DNA from: Carcharhinus amblyrhynchos
Lineage: Eukaryota
NCBI GenBank assembly: GCA_965287045.1
Contig: OZ336886.1
Coordinates: forward strand, 28,396,001-28,460,000
Length of the DNA stretch: 64,000 nt
Direction: 5' to 3'
The position numbers and the translations under genes are program-made. The notes under the pieces are model-generated. The model saw only the letters and a program-made list of their open reading frames with translations, made no database searches and had not been told where the DNA came from. Positions 24,855 through 37,230 of this stretch are shown here, piece by piece (the first letter of the stretch is position 1; every line of letters starts with the position of its first letter).

Positions 24855-25439
24855 CCGCTGCATTGACTGCGGAACAAATGCTGGGGAACTGTTTATATGC
24901 AGCTCCCGAGTGATTGGCGCAATTAAGTGGAGCCATGACGGGTGAATCAGAGGGAAGCCGCCACGGGCAAGGCATGATTCTCATGGCCATACAAACTTTT
25001 GTCAGCGAGGCTCAAGATTCAGTCAGAAATTAGATCAGAGCCATCAACGTGATTCACTCCAGCTGACACTCCGCCAAATTCTGGTAAGATTGGCTTCTAT
25101 AGGTTTAGTCAAAAGGTAGGTGTCAACTTCTACACAAGTAATATTTTTGAGGGGTTGAAGACCACCTCTCCCATCATTTCGCTACTGTTGTATTGTCCAG
25201 GTCAGCGACCAGTTCTGTCAATGCCACCTTCAAAAGTAAGCAAAAAAAAATGTTATTGCCTTTTTATTTAGAAAATAATAACCCCCAAGGTGGCAGATAT
25301 TCATTTGTGTACGCAAAGTTTATCAAATTTATCAAAATCAAAAATAAAAGGCACATATATAAATTAATACAATTTCACTCTAAATTTTTAACATCACTGA
25401 AAAGGCTATTACTTAGCAGTAGAGAATACACTGAACGTT

Positions 25440-25795
25440 TAATAAAATCCACAAAAATTATCCTCCACTTCATCACCAGAATGAAATAACACATTCCATT
25501 CTGCTCTTTGAATAGCATCATCAGGTACACCATCCACATTACCTTCAACAATAATCATTTTATCATTGCCCATATCATTCCTCGAATGATCATCTTCTGC
25601 ACTATCAAGTGCATGAGATATCCCACACTTCAGAAACGACTTGATGACAATGCTGATTCTGATTCCATCCCTGACCTCCACAACCCACTCACACACCCTT
25701 CCTCTTGTGAAGCTCGCATGCTGCCCTCATGATAAACGTCTTCTCTTCTCCGATTATCCAATTCTACTTCTTCCTCATACTATCCAACGGTTAAA
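25440..25795 (-). pseudogene. pogo/Tigger (Tc1-mariner) transposase C-terminal relic
   Basis: MRKK*NWIIGEEKTF..GSMRAS..VCEWVVEVRDGIRISIVIKSFLKCGISHALDSAEDD plus an acidic tail, typical of pogo-family DDE_1 C-termini. Confidence 0.75.
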
Positions 25796-26178
25796 CAAGG
25801 CTGCTTAGACCATCATTGCAATAGCACTGTTTAACAATCTCACCTTTTGTTTTTTGGTCAAAAGTTGGAGATGGTCTTTCACCCAAATATATTTGAAAAT
25901 TCAGTTTTTTTTTGAGGGCCAAGACATATGGGAGAGAAATGTTGTCCTTTTTACACCCTATAAGTTGCTGTATTGTTTGGTAGCTCTTCATGAAGTCTTC
26001 ATAATCTTAAGTAGCTTCACTGAATGTGTTTAATAACTGTAAGAATAATGTATATCCATAGAGGAAAGGGTTAAAGCTGTCTTCGTGCTTAGAGTCACCT
26101 GACTCCTCAGTGTATCCCATGTGTTCTGTTACATCACTGTGTAGGCAATACTGTATTCTGTCCCATGTCAACCCAATA

Positions 26179-26868
26179 GGCAGAGTTTTACAATCCCCCG
26201 CCAATGGGTTCGTAGGAGTGGGATGAGCATAAAGTTCCTCGGATGTGCTTCCTGCTGAATTCCCCTGAGCCCTGACCTCTGTGCAATTTTACACTGGGGC
26301 AGGTGAGGTCTTGGCCAAGCCACCTGCCCTCCCCAATTGAAGACGTTAAGTGGCCAACTATTGACCACTTAAAGGCCATTTTCCCCCACTGGCTGGTGGG
26401 AGGAGTTCTGGGGCATGGGGAGGCCAGAAAATACAGGGCCTAGGCTGGGCACCCATATGCTGCTGCCGACCATTCCCCCTTAACCATCCCCTCCACCTCC
26501 CGCCAAACCCCCATATTTCCACTGATACCCAATGCTTATTGCCCACTTCGCCAGGCCTTTCCTATCCACCCCAAAACCAAATTGTGCCTGGAATCCTGGG
26601 ACCTAGGTTCTGGGGATTGATTGTAATCTCAGTCTTGTCACTGCAGCTTCTGGTCTTGCAGTCTGGAGCACTACTGGCCAACCAGATTGATTAGCAGCTC
26701 TCTAAGGCAGAACTTCCTCCTGAGTGAAGTCCAGCCTCCAGCCAACTAATGTCCATTGGTGTGTGAAATCATTGTGGGACAGGCAGGTTTGGTGGGTAGG
26801 TGTTCACCACCAACTCTTCAGCTGACAGGAAGCAAAAGACCACAACTCCTGGCCTAAAAATGCCAGTT
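26179..26868. mobile_element. Non-autonomous Harbinger-like element
   Basis: Starts ggcagagttttac and ends ctaaaaatgccagttc. The GC-rich interior (gattgattagcagctct...cttcctcc) is shared with 48240-48390. Confidence 0.5.
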
Positions 26869-27189
26869 CCTTTCAATGGGTGCATACGGGTTATCTTGAA
26901 GCAGAAGCAGGTACTATATCTGAGTTATATGAATGCATTTTTTTACCAGCCATTTAAACTGATTCAAGAATCTCACACCAAAAGCACTCTGGTATTGATA
27001 TGAGTTGGGTAGTTAAGATCCTGGGCTATTACCTCGTTCCAAATGGATTTACAATAGAGATCATCAAAATGGACGCTATGTAAATAAGAGCTGAAGTTGG
27101 CTTTTAAAATGTGAGAAAAAACACTACATACCAACTTGCGAAAGCAATCCAGAGTTTCTTAACATTATTTCTACATTTGTTCAAACCGC

Positions 27190-28165
27190 AAGAACACAAG
27201 AAATAGAAGCAGGATTAGACCATGTGGCCTGTTGTGTCAACACTGCCATTCAATATGATGATGAATAATCATAGAATCATAGAAACCCTACAGTGCAGAA
27301 AGAGGTCAGCACCGACCACAATGCCATCCAGGCCCTACCCCCTTATCCCTATGCATTTACCCACTAATTCCTCTAACCTACACATCTTGAGACACTAAGG
27401 GACAATTTTAGCATGGACAATCAACCTAACCCGCACATCTTTAGACTATGGGAGGAATCCGAGCACCCGGAGGAAATCCATGCAGACACAGGAAGAATGT
27501 GCAAACTCCACACAGACAGTGACCCAAGCTGGGAATCGAACCCAGGTCCCTGGAACTGTGAAGCAACAGTGCTAACCACTGTGCTACCGTGCCATCCCTT
27601 TTTCTTTATTTTTTCTATATTTTTCTTTTAGGTTTTAGATCCAAAATACTGGCTTTCCCAGCCTCAAATATATTCAACAATAAAGCATCAACAGCCCTCT
27701 GGGATGGAGCATTTCAAAGATTTACAATCCTTTGAATGAAGTAACTTCTCTGCTTCTCAGTCCTAAGTAATTTCCCTCTTATCCTGAGATCTGCTTTTGT
27801 CTTTAAGATCCCCGGACCAGTGGAAACAATCTCTCAGCAACCACCCTATCAATTCCCCTCAGAATCTTGTACAGTTCAATGAGATTGTTTTTGATCTTCA
27901 AAACTCCAGAGAATACAGACCCTTCATCAAACTCTTTATCTCAGCTGCCAATTTAATACCACCCCCAATGCAACTATACCCTTCCTTAACTATGGAGACT
28001 AAAATTGCACACAGTATTCCATATTTGGTCTCACTAAAGCCTGACACATTTGTGGCAAGGCTTCTTCATTCCTGTACTCCAATTTCCTTGCAAACTAAAG
28101 GCCAATGGGCATGTCATTTGCCTTCCTAATTACTCGCTGTATCTGCATGTTAGCTTTCTGCATTC
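27190..28165 (-). mobile_element. Old CR1 3' fragment interrupted by an HE1 SINE
   Basis: Tail gaacacaagaaatagaagcagga at 27190. Body at 27640-28165 includes aaattgcacacagtattcca (YCVQF). Confidence 0.75.
27268..27597 (-). mobile_element. HE1-type V-SINE, full length
   Basis: Head, V-domain and tail. Confidence 0.92.
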
Positions 28166-28469
28166 CTCACACAGCAGGTAAGTACACCTAGTAGCAGATG
28201 AGTCTTTGTGACACAGATTCTGTCTCCATCATACTTTACATCAACTCTGGAAATTTGAATGATGGGTTTGTCCACAGGAATCCGCAATGCTGAGGTTTCG
28301 GCAGAGAATGGAGGAACAAAAGTTGAGTGATGCCAGACTTCTGATGTTTCCGTACACTCCAGCACAGTTAAACCGCCAGCCATTAACACTTGTGGAAGCA
28401 CAATTATTTTGACTCATCCAAGATATTCTGTATGAATAGGCTGTGGTTCAATTGTGGCACAGTGAGAGA

Positions 28470-29950
28470 GTTGATTTGATTTATTATTGTCTCATGCATT
28501 GGGATACAATGAAAAGTATTGCTTCTTACGTGCTACACAGACAAAACAAACCATTCGTAGGCTACATAGGGGAGAAGGAAAGGAGAGGATGCAGAATGTA
28601 GTGTTGCGGCATTACCTAAGGTGTAGAGAAAGATCAACTTAATATAAGGTGGATCCATTCAAAAGTCTAATGGGATCAGTGCTGGGACCTTTGCTGTTTG
28701 TAATATATATAAATGATTTGGAGGAAAATGTAACTGGATTGATTAGTAAGTTTGTGGACGACACAAAGGTTGGTAGATTTGTAGGTAGCGATGAGGACCA
28801 TCAGAGGATACAGCAGGATATAGATCAGTTGGAGACTTGGGCGGAGAGATAGCAGATGGAGTTTAATATGGATAAATATGAGGTAATGCATTTTGCAAGG
28901 TCTAATACAGATAAGAAACATAGTAAATGGCAGGACCTTAAGAGTATTGATAGGCAAAGGGATCTGGATGTATAGGTACACAGGTCACTGAAAGTGGCAA
29001 TGCAGGTGGAGAAGGTAGTCAAGAAGGCATACGGCATGCTTGCTTTCATCAGCCGGGGTATTGAGTTTAAAAATTGGCAAGTCATTTTGATGCTTTATTG
29101 AACCTTAGTGAGGACACACTTGGAATATAGTGTTCAGTTCTGGTCGCCACACTACCAGAAAGATGTGGAGATTTTGGAGAGTGTACAGAAAAAGTTTACC
29201 AGGATGTTGCCTGATATGGAGGGCATTAACTATGAGAAGAGGTTGGAGAAACTTGGTTTGTTCTCACTGGAGCGACGGACGTTGAGGGGAGACCTGAAAG
29301 AAGTCTACAAGATTATGAGAGGCATGGACAGAGTGGATTGTCAGAAGCTTTTTCCTAGGGTGGAAATTACTGAGAGGCATAGTTTAAGATTCGAGGGGAA
29401 AGGTTTAAAAGAGATGTACGAGGCAGATTTTTACACAGAGAGTAGTGGGTGTCTGGAACTCGTTGCCGGGGGAGGTAGTGGAAGTGGATGCGGTGGTGAT
29501 ACTTAAGTAGCACCTTGACATGTAGATGAATCGGATGGAAATAGAAAGATATGATCCCTGGAACGATAGGGGTTTTAGTTAAGTCAGGCAGCATGGTTGG
29601 TGCAGGCTTGGAGAGCTGAAGGGCCTGTTCCTGAGCTGTAATTTTCTTTGTTCTTTGGCAGCAGGGAAGATGAAGTTCTTAAATTGGTTGGTATGTGACC
29701 TCACACTTTTTATCTTTTTCCTGACGAAAGAAGGTGGAAGCGAGTATGTCTGGGGTGCTTGATTATGCTGGCTGCTTTTTCAAGGCAACAGGAAGAGTAG
29801 ATGGAGTCAATGGGTGGGAGGCTGATTTGTATGATGGGTTGGGCTTCGCTCACAAGCCTTTGTAGTTTCTTGCGGTCCTTGTCAGAGCAGAAGCCATACC
29901 AAGCTGTGTTACATTGGTACATCCGGAAAGGATGCTTTCTATGGTGAATT
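28470..29950 (-). mobile_element. Rex1/Babar-like LINE 3' part, host of a nested CR1
   Basis: (aatca)n tail at 28470. 28470-28671 and 29657-29950 are colinear with 55689-56448. ORF 29710-30015 includes TAWYGFCSDKDRKKLQRLV. Confidence 0.8.
28672..29656 (+). mobile_element. CR1 LINE, 5'-truncated, (ttctttg)n-tail subfamily
   Basis: GSVLGPLLFVIYINDL...KFVDDTK; VRTHLEYSVQFWSP; tail ttttctttgttctttg. Confidence 0.95.
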
Positions 29951-31163
29951 GTGGCATCTGCTGCAATCTGCAATCTGATCCAAAATGCAGCAGTCCTATT
30001 GCCTGTTGTGGTCACTTCAGCCTTTATCTTTTTGACCTCTAATTTATTTTCAGCACAGTGAGTTAATGGGAGATCACCCTGGGGTGCAAAATCGTCTAAT
30101 TCTTCTCACACCAATTCAGGCTGACTGCAAATGGTACTGTCCTTACCTGGGAAAATGAATCTGTGGGTAGAGTTTCTGTGGGTTAGAATTTGGTGATCAA
30201 AATGAATGATGGAGCAGTCTCAAAGGGCTGAATGGCCTTCTCCTGCTTCTAGTTTCTATGTTTCTTTGTTTCTACACAAGCATTAAACTGGCATTGCAAA
30301 TCCACCAACGTTTTAGAGAAACTACTCCATTTTTATTGATTTCAAAGTTAAAAATTTCTCTCTATACAGCAAAGAGAGATGCAATTAACAAGAACAAATC
30401 AAATTAATGGCTTCCCTCCACTGTGAGTGTTACCCTGCCAAAGGCAGCAGGCTATAATTAACCTGCTGCTGTTGAGCTTGTTGAAGCTACATCGATCTTG
30501 CCCAAGCCATCATTGCAAATTCTCAAGTGGCATATTCCCTATTATTGCATTTTATGACCAGCCAAACTACCCCCATTGAGATTTCATTTCCTATTCACCT
30601 CAGAGTAAGCTTTGCCACTTCATACGAAGGTCTTTTTTATATGGAGTTAGGTCACAGATCGTAGTGATTCGATTGAAGGGAAGGATAGGTTCAAGGGGTT
30701 AAATAGCTGACTCTTGTCCCCGTTTCAGTTAGTCTGATGCTGTTATATCAGGGCCAGCCGTTCCTGTATTTTTCAGGTGCTTTTCCTGAAGTTAAAAGAG
30801 AAACAAGATCCATGTTTATACAAAGAAAAATGATTTGACTAACGGTTCCATTTTATCATCTATAACATACTATCACCAGACACTCCCCCTCTCAGTCTTT
30901 CTAATTCCTGCTGCTGTATCATGGCCCATTCTCAGCTGTTTTTGTGATTTTCCCTTGTCCTGCTTTTGCTCTTTGTTTTCTTGGTTTTTTCCATTCTCTC
31001 ATTCCCTTCCTTTGTCCAGCCCCTATTCCTGCCCTTCTGCCATACATGTCACATTTATCTCCCATCACATTTGCCTGTCATTTCATTCGATTTTTTCTCT
31101 TTGAGTCCAAAGAAAATGCGCTTTGCAAAGTCATGGCTAGTGGAACTCCTGGAAAAAAATAAT

Positions 31164-31290
31164 GACTGGAATTTTACCATCTTGCCTGTCACGGAAATGG
31201 GAGAGGGCAAGGGGCCTACCATAGAAAGGTCCGTTGACCTCGGTTGGGATTTTATGGTTTTGGGGTGAGCAAGGCCATAGAATCCTGCCC
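31164..31290. mobile_element. 127-bp Harbinger-type MITE
   Basis: gactggaattttacc...ccatagaatcctgccc flanked by aat (31161-31163, 31291-31293). Confidence 0.7.
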
Positions 31291-33442
31291 AATGTTTCAT
31301 TTTGCCCCATGGGAATCCCAAATTTCTCCATCGCAATTGAAGGTTTTGAGCAACAATTGATTGCAGTAGGGACGTTCCTTTGTTCTTGTTCAGTTTAGTT
31401 TTGGGATAATGTGGTAAATCTGCAGTAAATTCAATTTACTACTAAACAGCTGCCATTACTCAGTAGATGCTAGTGGGCCGAAAGTGCCTCCGTCTACAAG
31501 CCTGTTTCCACAGTCTTCAGGGACTTCAGCAGGGTGGCCTAGTTATTCTCTTCGGAATCCTAAAGTGGTTGTAGGCCTCTCCAATATCAATGAATGAAAA
31601 TCTTTGCCCCAGAAACCTTGCAGCCAGTTTTCATTCCACTGGTGCCTCCCTCCAGAATTGCCCTCGCTTTGTGGATTTTCTATTATTCCTTTGAGCAGCA
31701 CTCACCTATACTCATGGACAAAATGATCTTTGTCTCCCTACTGGATTGAACAGGCAGTACAAGCAGGCAGCTTTCATTGCAGCCTGAAATCAATCTATGT
31801 CCATGGTCTTTAGTGCTATGAATCCAATGGTGATGCCATCAATGCTGATGAAGGCATTGGACAAAGTGAAAGTAAAGGGAATAATCGACTAAAGCCAATC
31901 ATTTTCAAACATATGTAGCAAGTGACGGTAAAAGGAGAGTGTGGATTGAACCAGCCTCAAAGGGTCTTAGCTGGCACTCACTGAGGATAAAGGATCACAA
32001 TTAAAACTGGAATAAAATGAGATTAATGCACAATATCAAATCTATTTAAGGGTAAATGTGAGAAGGACATGCACAGTGCATCCTGAAATACCATCCAACT
32101 ACGGAAAGCTCCCATGTATTTGTAACACTGATGCTTCTTACAGATTGATTGGGTAAATCACTTTGTCATTCCAGACAAAAGTTAGTTAATTCCGTCTGCT
32201 GAGTCCTACCACCTCAGGCAGACAATTAGCTGCTCGCTGCTGAATTCTGTTGGCAGGGAGTTCTGTGCTCCAGATGTGGCATTGTAGCCGTGGCTCCCAT
32301 AAGGATCAGTACATGAAGTATTTAATCCAACATGAAGCTGGTTAAAGAGCTATCGCTGTTACCAAGAAGACAACTTGTTATTCTAACCACTGCCTTGATG
32401 GATTTACCGTCGCGATGTCAGTTTAATGGTGACATTTATGATTGAAAATTGTAACCGAGGGAGGCAATTTCACTATCACAGACCCTTAATGATTAGTTCA
32501 ATTTGGTCTTTTTCATTTTAAAGGAAGGATCAGCAGTAGGCATTAACAGCAGGTGGAAAATGCAAACTGGCACAAACAGATTTACTATCGTCCAGCCCCC
32601 CGGGGAAAAATCTCTTTAACCTAAGACTAGCTCAAATTATATTAACAAGAAAATCTACCCTTCAGCTATTAAGAGGCAGAATTAGACGTTACAGCAACAA
32701 TGTTCGTCATTTTTTATGCTTTTTCGTACATGTTTCTGTGATTTACAAAATAAAAGCACTGATCCTTTCTAGCTTAGTTACATTCCCTTGTCAATACAGA
32801 GAATTCAGTATGGCTTATACGTGCATATGGGTTGTAGAATGTGGCCACAAGTGTTTATTTAGTTACTTGGAAATCTTTTCACTGCTGTGTAAGTGCTGAC
32901 TGTTTAAGTTTACAATTTTCATTCATCCATTTTTCAGTTTCCAGCTGCAGGATGTTCCTCTTTCTTGATGTATTAAGGACATAGCCCCAGTGGACTTCCA
33001 GCACAGCTTCCTTCATCAACAAATTAAGTGAGAAGAAAACTGAGCAAGGCGGAAAAAAAAACAAATCAATAGATTATTTTCTTAATTAGTGACACGCATT
33101 CTAACAAACTGAGTGTTTCAGTTCCCTTCTATTTGATTAATGTTGTATTGACCTTTCATTTATTGCCTAGTTTGCACGTCTGTGACCACCACTTGGGTCT
33201 TTAGATATATATAGAAGCCATGTTGCAGCAGCAATATAAACAGCGCACACTTGGATTTGGTGCACCCTCTACACTGTCTCCCACACATATCCCACTCAAT
33301 CTCTCCCATTCTTCCCATTCTTCTCTGTGGCTTCATGATACCTGAGCAAGTGCAACTAATTCCTCCCAGAGCCTGTATTGTTCATTCTTGCCACTATTTC
33401 TCCATTCTCCCATTTGGTTCTATCTCTGGCCACAATGTAGCA

Positions 33443-34640
33443 AAGAACAAAGAAAGGAAAAAAGAAAAGTACAGCACAGGAACGGGCCCTTTGGCCCTCC
33501 AAGCCCGTGCCAATCGTGATGCCCCAACTAAACTAAAACAAAATCTGCCCGTACTCGGACCATACGCCTCTATTCCCTCCCTATTCATGTATTCATCCAG
33601 ATGCCTCTTAAATGTTGTTAATTTTTGCTTCTACCATCTCCTGTGACAGCACATTCCAGGCACCCACCACTCTCTGGGCCCGATTTTACCATCGTGTTGC
33701 GCCCATTTTCAAGCGCAAAAACTTCATAAAGTCGGGCATGAGGCAAGTAGTGTGATTTGCGCTCACCTCTGCACCAGTTCCCCCTTTACCAAGGCCAGAA
33801 ACGGGCACAACAGCCTTTTAAATGCATATGCTTGAATTTGAATTGACTTAACGGGCTGCACGCCCAACCTTACCGGCACTTCCTCCTTTATCACCGTGTT
33901 TGCCCATCCAAAATCGGCGTGAAACAGGCATACTCCATAGAAGTCCAATTTGGGAGTTTCAATTAGGGAGGAGGTAGGTACCTAGCGTCCGATGGCTCTC
34001 TTTTTGAGTTTGGTTGGAGTGGGGAGGAAGGTGGGTCCACTGCCACTCTGCTTGAGATTGGTGGGTGGGGGAACAATCAGTCTGGGTAGCAGGGAGATGG
34101 GGAGATAAGGAGATCAGTAATGGGGCAATGTCTGTGAGAGTCAGGAGGAGGCATTATCCGGCCCGGGAGAGATGTGGCAGGGGAGCATTTCTCTATCTTT
34201 TTTTTCTGCACATGCACAGTTGGAGGCAGCATTTCGGGTGCATTAAGCCCCGCCCAGAGGCTTCTGCACCATGATTCAGAATTGCTGATGTTTTTGCAAG
34301 CAGACGGGGCACCTCAGAACGGGTCTAAAAGTTGGATCTGAAACAGTCCCTGTTTCAAGTCCACCCAGCATTTAGAATCAAAATAGGGCCCTCTGTGTGA
34401 AAAGCTTCCCCCGCACATCTTCCTTAAACTTTCCCCTTCTCACCTTGACCCTGTGCCCCTCTGGAATCGACACCTCCAACCTGGGAAAAAAGCCTCTGAC
34501 TATCCATCCTATCTATGCCTCTCATAATTTTACTGTCCTCTATCAGGTCTCCCCTCAGCCTCCGCCTTTCCAGTGAAAACAGTTTATTCAACTCTTCTCA
34601 TCCGTCAATGCCCTTGTGGCCAGGCAACATTCTGGTGAAC
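33443..34640 (-). mobile_element. CR1 3' fragment split by a DNA transposon
   Basis: Tail aagaacaaagaa...gtacagcacaggaac. CR1 text caccactctct|gtgtgaaaagcttcccccgcacatct rejoins across the insertion. Confidence 0.85.
33676..34391. mobile_element. 716-bp non-autonomous Harbinger-like element
   Basis: TIRs gggcccgatttta and caaaatagggccc (11 of 13 match). 3-bp TSD tct at 33673-33675 and 34392-34394. Confidence 0.85.
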
Positions 34641-35884
34641 CAGGATAAGACTCATTATTTTCAGCTATTTTGCTCATTACTCTGTGGCTATTTCATCATT
34701 CCTTTCTTTTGACACTGTCACAGACAACCTGGCCTGATTTGAATCCTTTATGTCTTTGTCTGCTACAGCAGAGAAGATCAAGAGGAGATTTAATAAAGGA
34801 ATTAAAAATGCTGAAGAATTTTACTCGGACAAATCAGTAAATTGCTTTTTGTTAGATGGGTCACATGACTTCTTTCTGTGCTATAAAAATGCATGTTTTT
34901 TACTGGACAGTATTGCTTAATGCTCCAAATTTAAGCATGTATCTTAATATTTTTCTATTTCTCCCCAAAGAAATGTGTCCTCAAAAGGTATTTCCATAAA
35001 AATCTTCCAAAGATATTTTTTAGAATCAATGGTTTATATAACTTTCCTTTCATTGTTCTTTGTCAAAAAGAATCACATTCATCTCACATTTCTCCAACAT
35101 GTCATCCAATTCTTCAATTAGTCCAACAATAAAATCCTGAGGGAACTGTAGTTACTTTTATTTCCATAGTTTAATATATTTTCCAGATGTTACAGTAGAA
35201 AACTTTTCACTGACATAGACGTTTTGACTCCACTGTATGAGTGACTGAGCTAAGGCAGCATTTTCAGATGATTTTCCCTAACTGCTGCCTTACTTCAATT
35301 TTGTAATATAGTCAACCTATTCCCTTGAAATACTGAAGAACTGCATTTCAACATTAATCAAAGTAACCATTGCGTTTGCATTGCATTCAGCATTATATTT
35401 TAACCATGTGTTTAATTTCCAAATTGTATGCACATGTTAATGGCCCACTTTTGCGCCAAAACAAAATGTTTTTTTAGCCCTTTCTCACTGCTGCTAAGGC
35501 CTCTGGCAAACCTTCAAGATTATGGGGGCTGCCAAATGCTTATGCCCTCTAACAATAATGAGCAGGAATGTGTAACTGGGATTTCCCTTCCCGCTTAGTG
35601 AGATCATGCCTAGCAGTCAGTTGTTCTGCTATCTTAGCTGAGATCAACACCTCTCGATGGTGAGAATTGCAGATGCCAGGCCATTTCCTTCTAGCCTGTG
35701 GTGGAATGAGTTGACCAGACTGACCTTTCTAGTCCCCATCTCCTGTATTGTAATTCAGAAAGTGAGCTTTTTTTCTGGGCTAAATAGTACTTGTAACGAA
35801 CTTTTTATCAAAATGGGGAACTGTAGCTGTAAAGTCAAGAACTAAAATTCATTGATGGCATTGTAATCCATTGCACACAGATAT

Positions 35885-36740
35885 GTAATGCTCCTTCATC
35901 AATTTAACAATGAGGGTTGATTTGGGATGCATGGACTTCTAAAAGCAGTTTGATAACATGCCACATAATAAGCTCGCCAGCAAGGTTGAAGTCCAAGGAA
36001 TAAAAGGATAAAAGGGACAAGGGCAGTGTTATTGGTAGCATATTAGTACCCCAGGTGTCTTATCGTATATGGACCACTGTTTTTTCTAATTTATACTAGT
36101 GACCTAGACTTGAATGTGCAAGGGTATTATTTCAAAATTCACAGGTGACATAAAACTGGGAAGTATTGTGAACTGTGAGGAAAATAACGGTAGACTTCAA
36201 GAGAACACAGAGAGGCTGATGGAATGCATGGACACATTACAGGCATTTTCAGTGCAGAGAAGTGTGAAGTGAAACATTTCAATAGGAAGAATGAGGAGAG
36301 GCAATAAAAAATAAAGGGTAAATTCTAACAGAAAGACCTGGGGTGGGTATATATATACGCAAACTGTTGAAGGTGGCAGGGCAAGTTGAGAAAGTGGTTA
36401 AAAAGGCATAATGCTTTTATTAATTGAAGCATTGAGTACATCAGTAAGTAAGTTTACATGAATGGTGTCAGTAATTTGGCAGTTCTGTTTGGTTGTATTA
36501 GATAAGGCTGAGAGGAAATTTGATAAAAGATTTTCAAAATCATGAGGGGTCTGGATAGAGTAAATAGAGAGAAATTATTCCCATTAGCCAAAGGGTCAAG
36601 AATCAAAGCATACAGATTTAAGTTGAATGGCAAAAGAAGCAATAACAATATAAGGAATGGGTCTCATGGAGTTGCTCTTGCAGAGAACCAAGTAGAATTA
36701 CATGGACCAAATGGCCTCATTTTGTGCTGTAGCCATTCTA
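35885..36740 (+). mobile_element. Old CR1 LINE RT fragment
   Basis: Decayed motifs MDF.KAFD..PH, KFTGDIKLG, AEKCEV.HF and MRGLDRVNREKLFPL. Confidence 0.8.
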
Positions 36741-36832
36741 TGTGCTTGTGATAAAGGATACTGACAACATGACGCCTCGCAGAAAACCTGTCAAAATGAT
36801 ATATTCTTATGAAGTTCCATGGCCTCAAGTTC

Positions 36833-36975
36833 CAAAGTCCAAAGGTGTGCTGGTTGGATTGATCGAGTATACTAAACTGCCCCTGAGTGTCAGGAGGGTA
36901 AACACATGGGGTTACAGGGATAGGACCTGGGTGGGGTTGTTGTGGCCTCTTCCTGCACTGTCAGAATTCTATGAT
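36833..36975 (+). mobile_element. HE1 SINE 3' fragment
   Basis: gtccaaaggtgtgctggtt...ctaaactgcccctgagtgtc...gaattctatgat. Confidence 0.75.
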
Positions 36976-37130
36976 CCTGTGCTAGGAATTAGCCTTCATT
37001 GTGATTACATCAACGGGGCTTGTGAGTAAATTCAAAATCTATTTAGATTCTCCTTATTTAATGTAAGCTTTGCTTGGAAGCACAGGAAGTGGCTCAAGGT
37101 GCTTCCTGTGTTCCCTGGGGAATCCAGGTA

Positions 37131-37230
37131 GGCTGAAATCTTCCAGCCCCTCCCCACTGCCATGCTCTTCCCGTCCTGCTGAAGTCAATGTGTTTTTGGC
37201 AGGCCTGTGCGTGACCGGAAAATCCCAGCC
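37131..37230. mobile_element. 100-bp Harbinger-type MITE
   Basis: TIRs ggctgaaatcttcc and ggaaaatcccagcc. TSD gta at 37128-37130 and 37231-37233. Confidence 0.75.
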
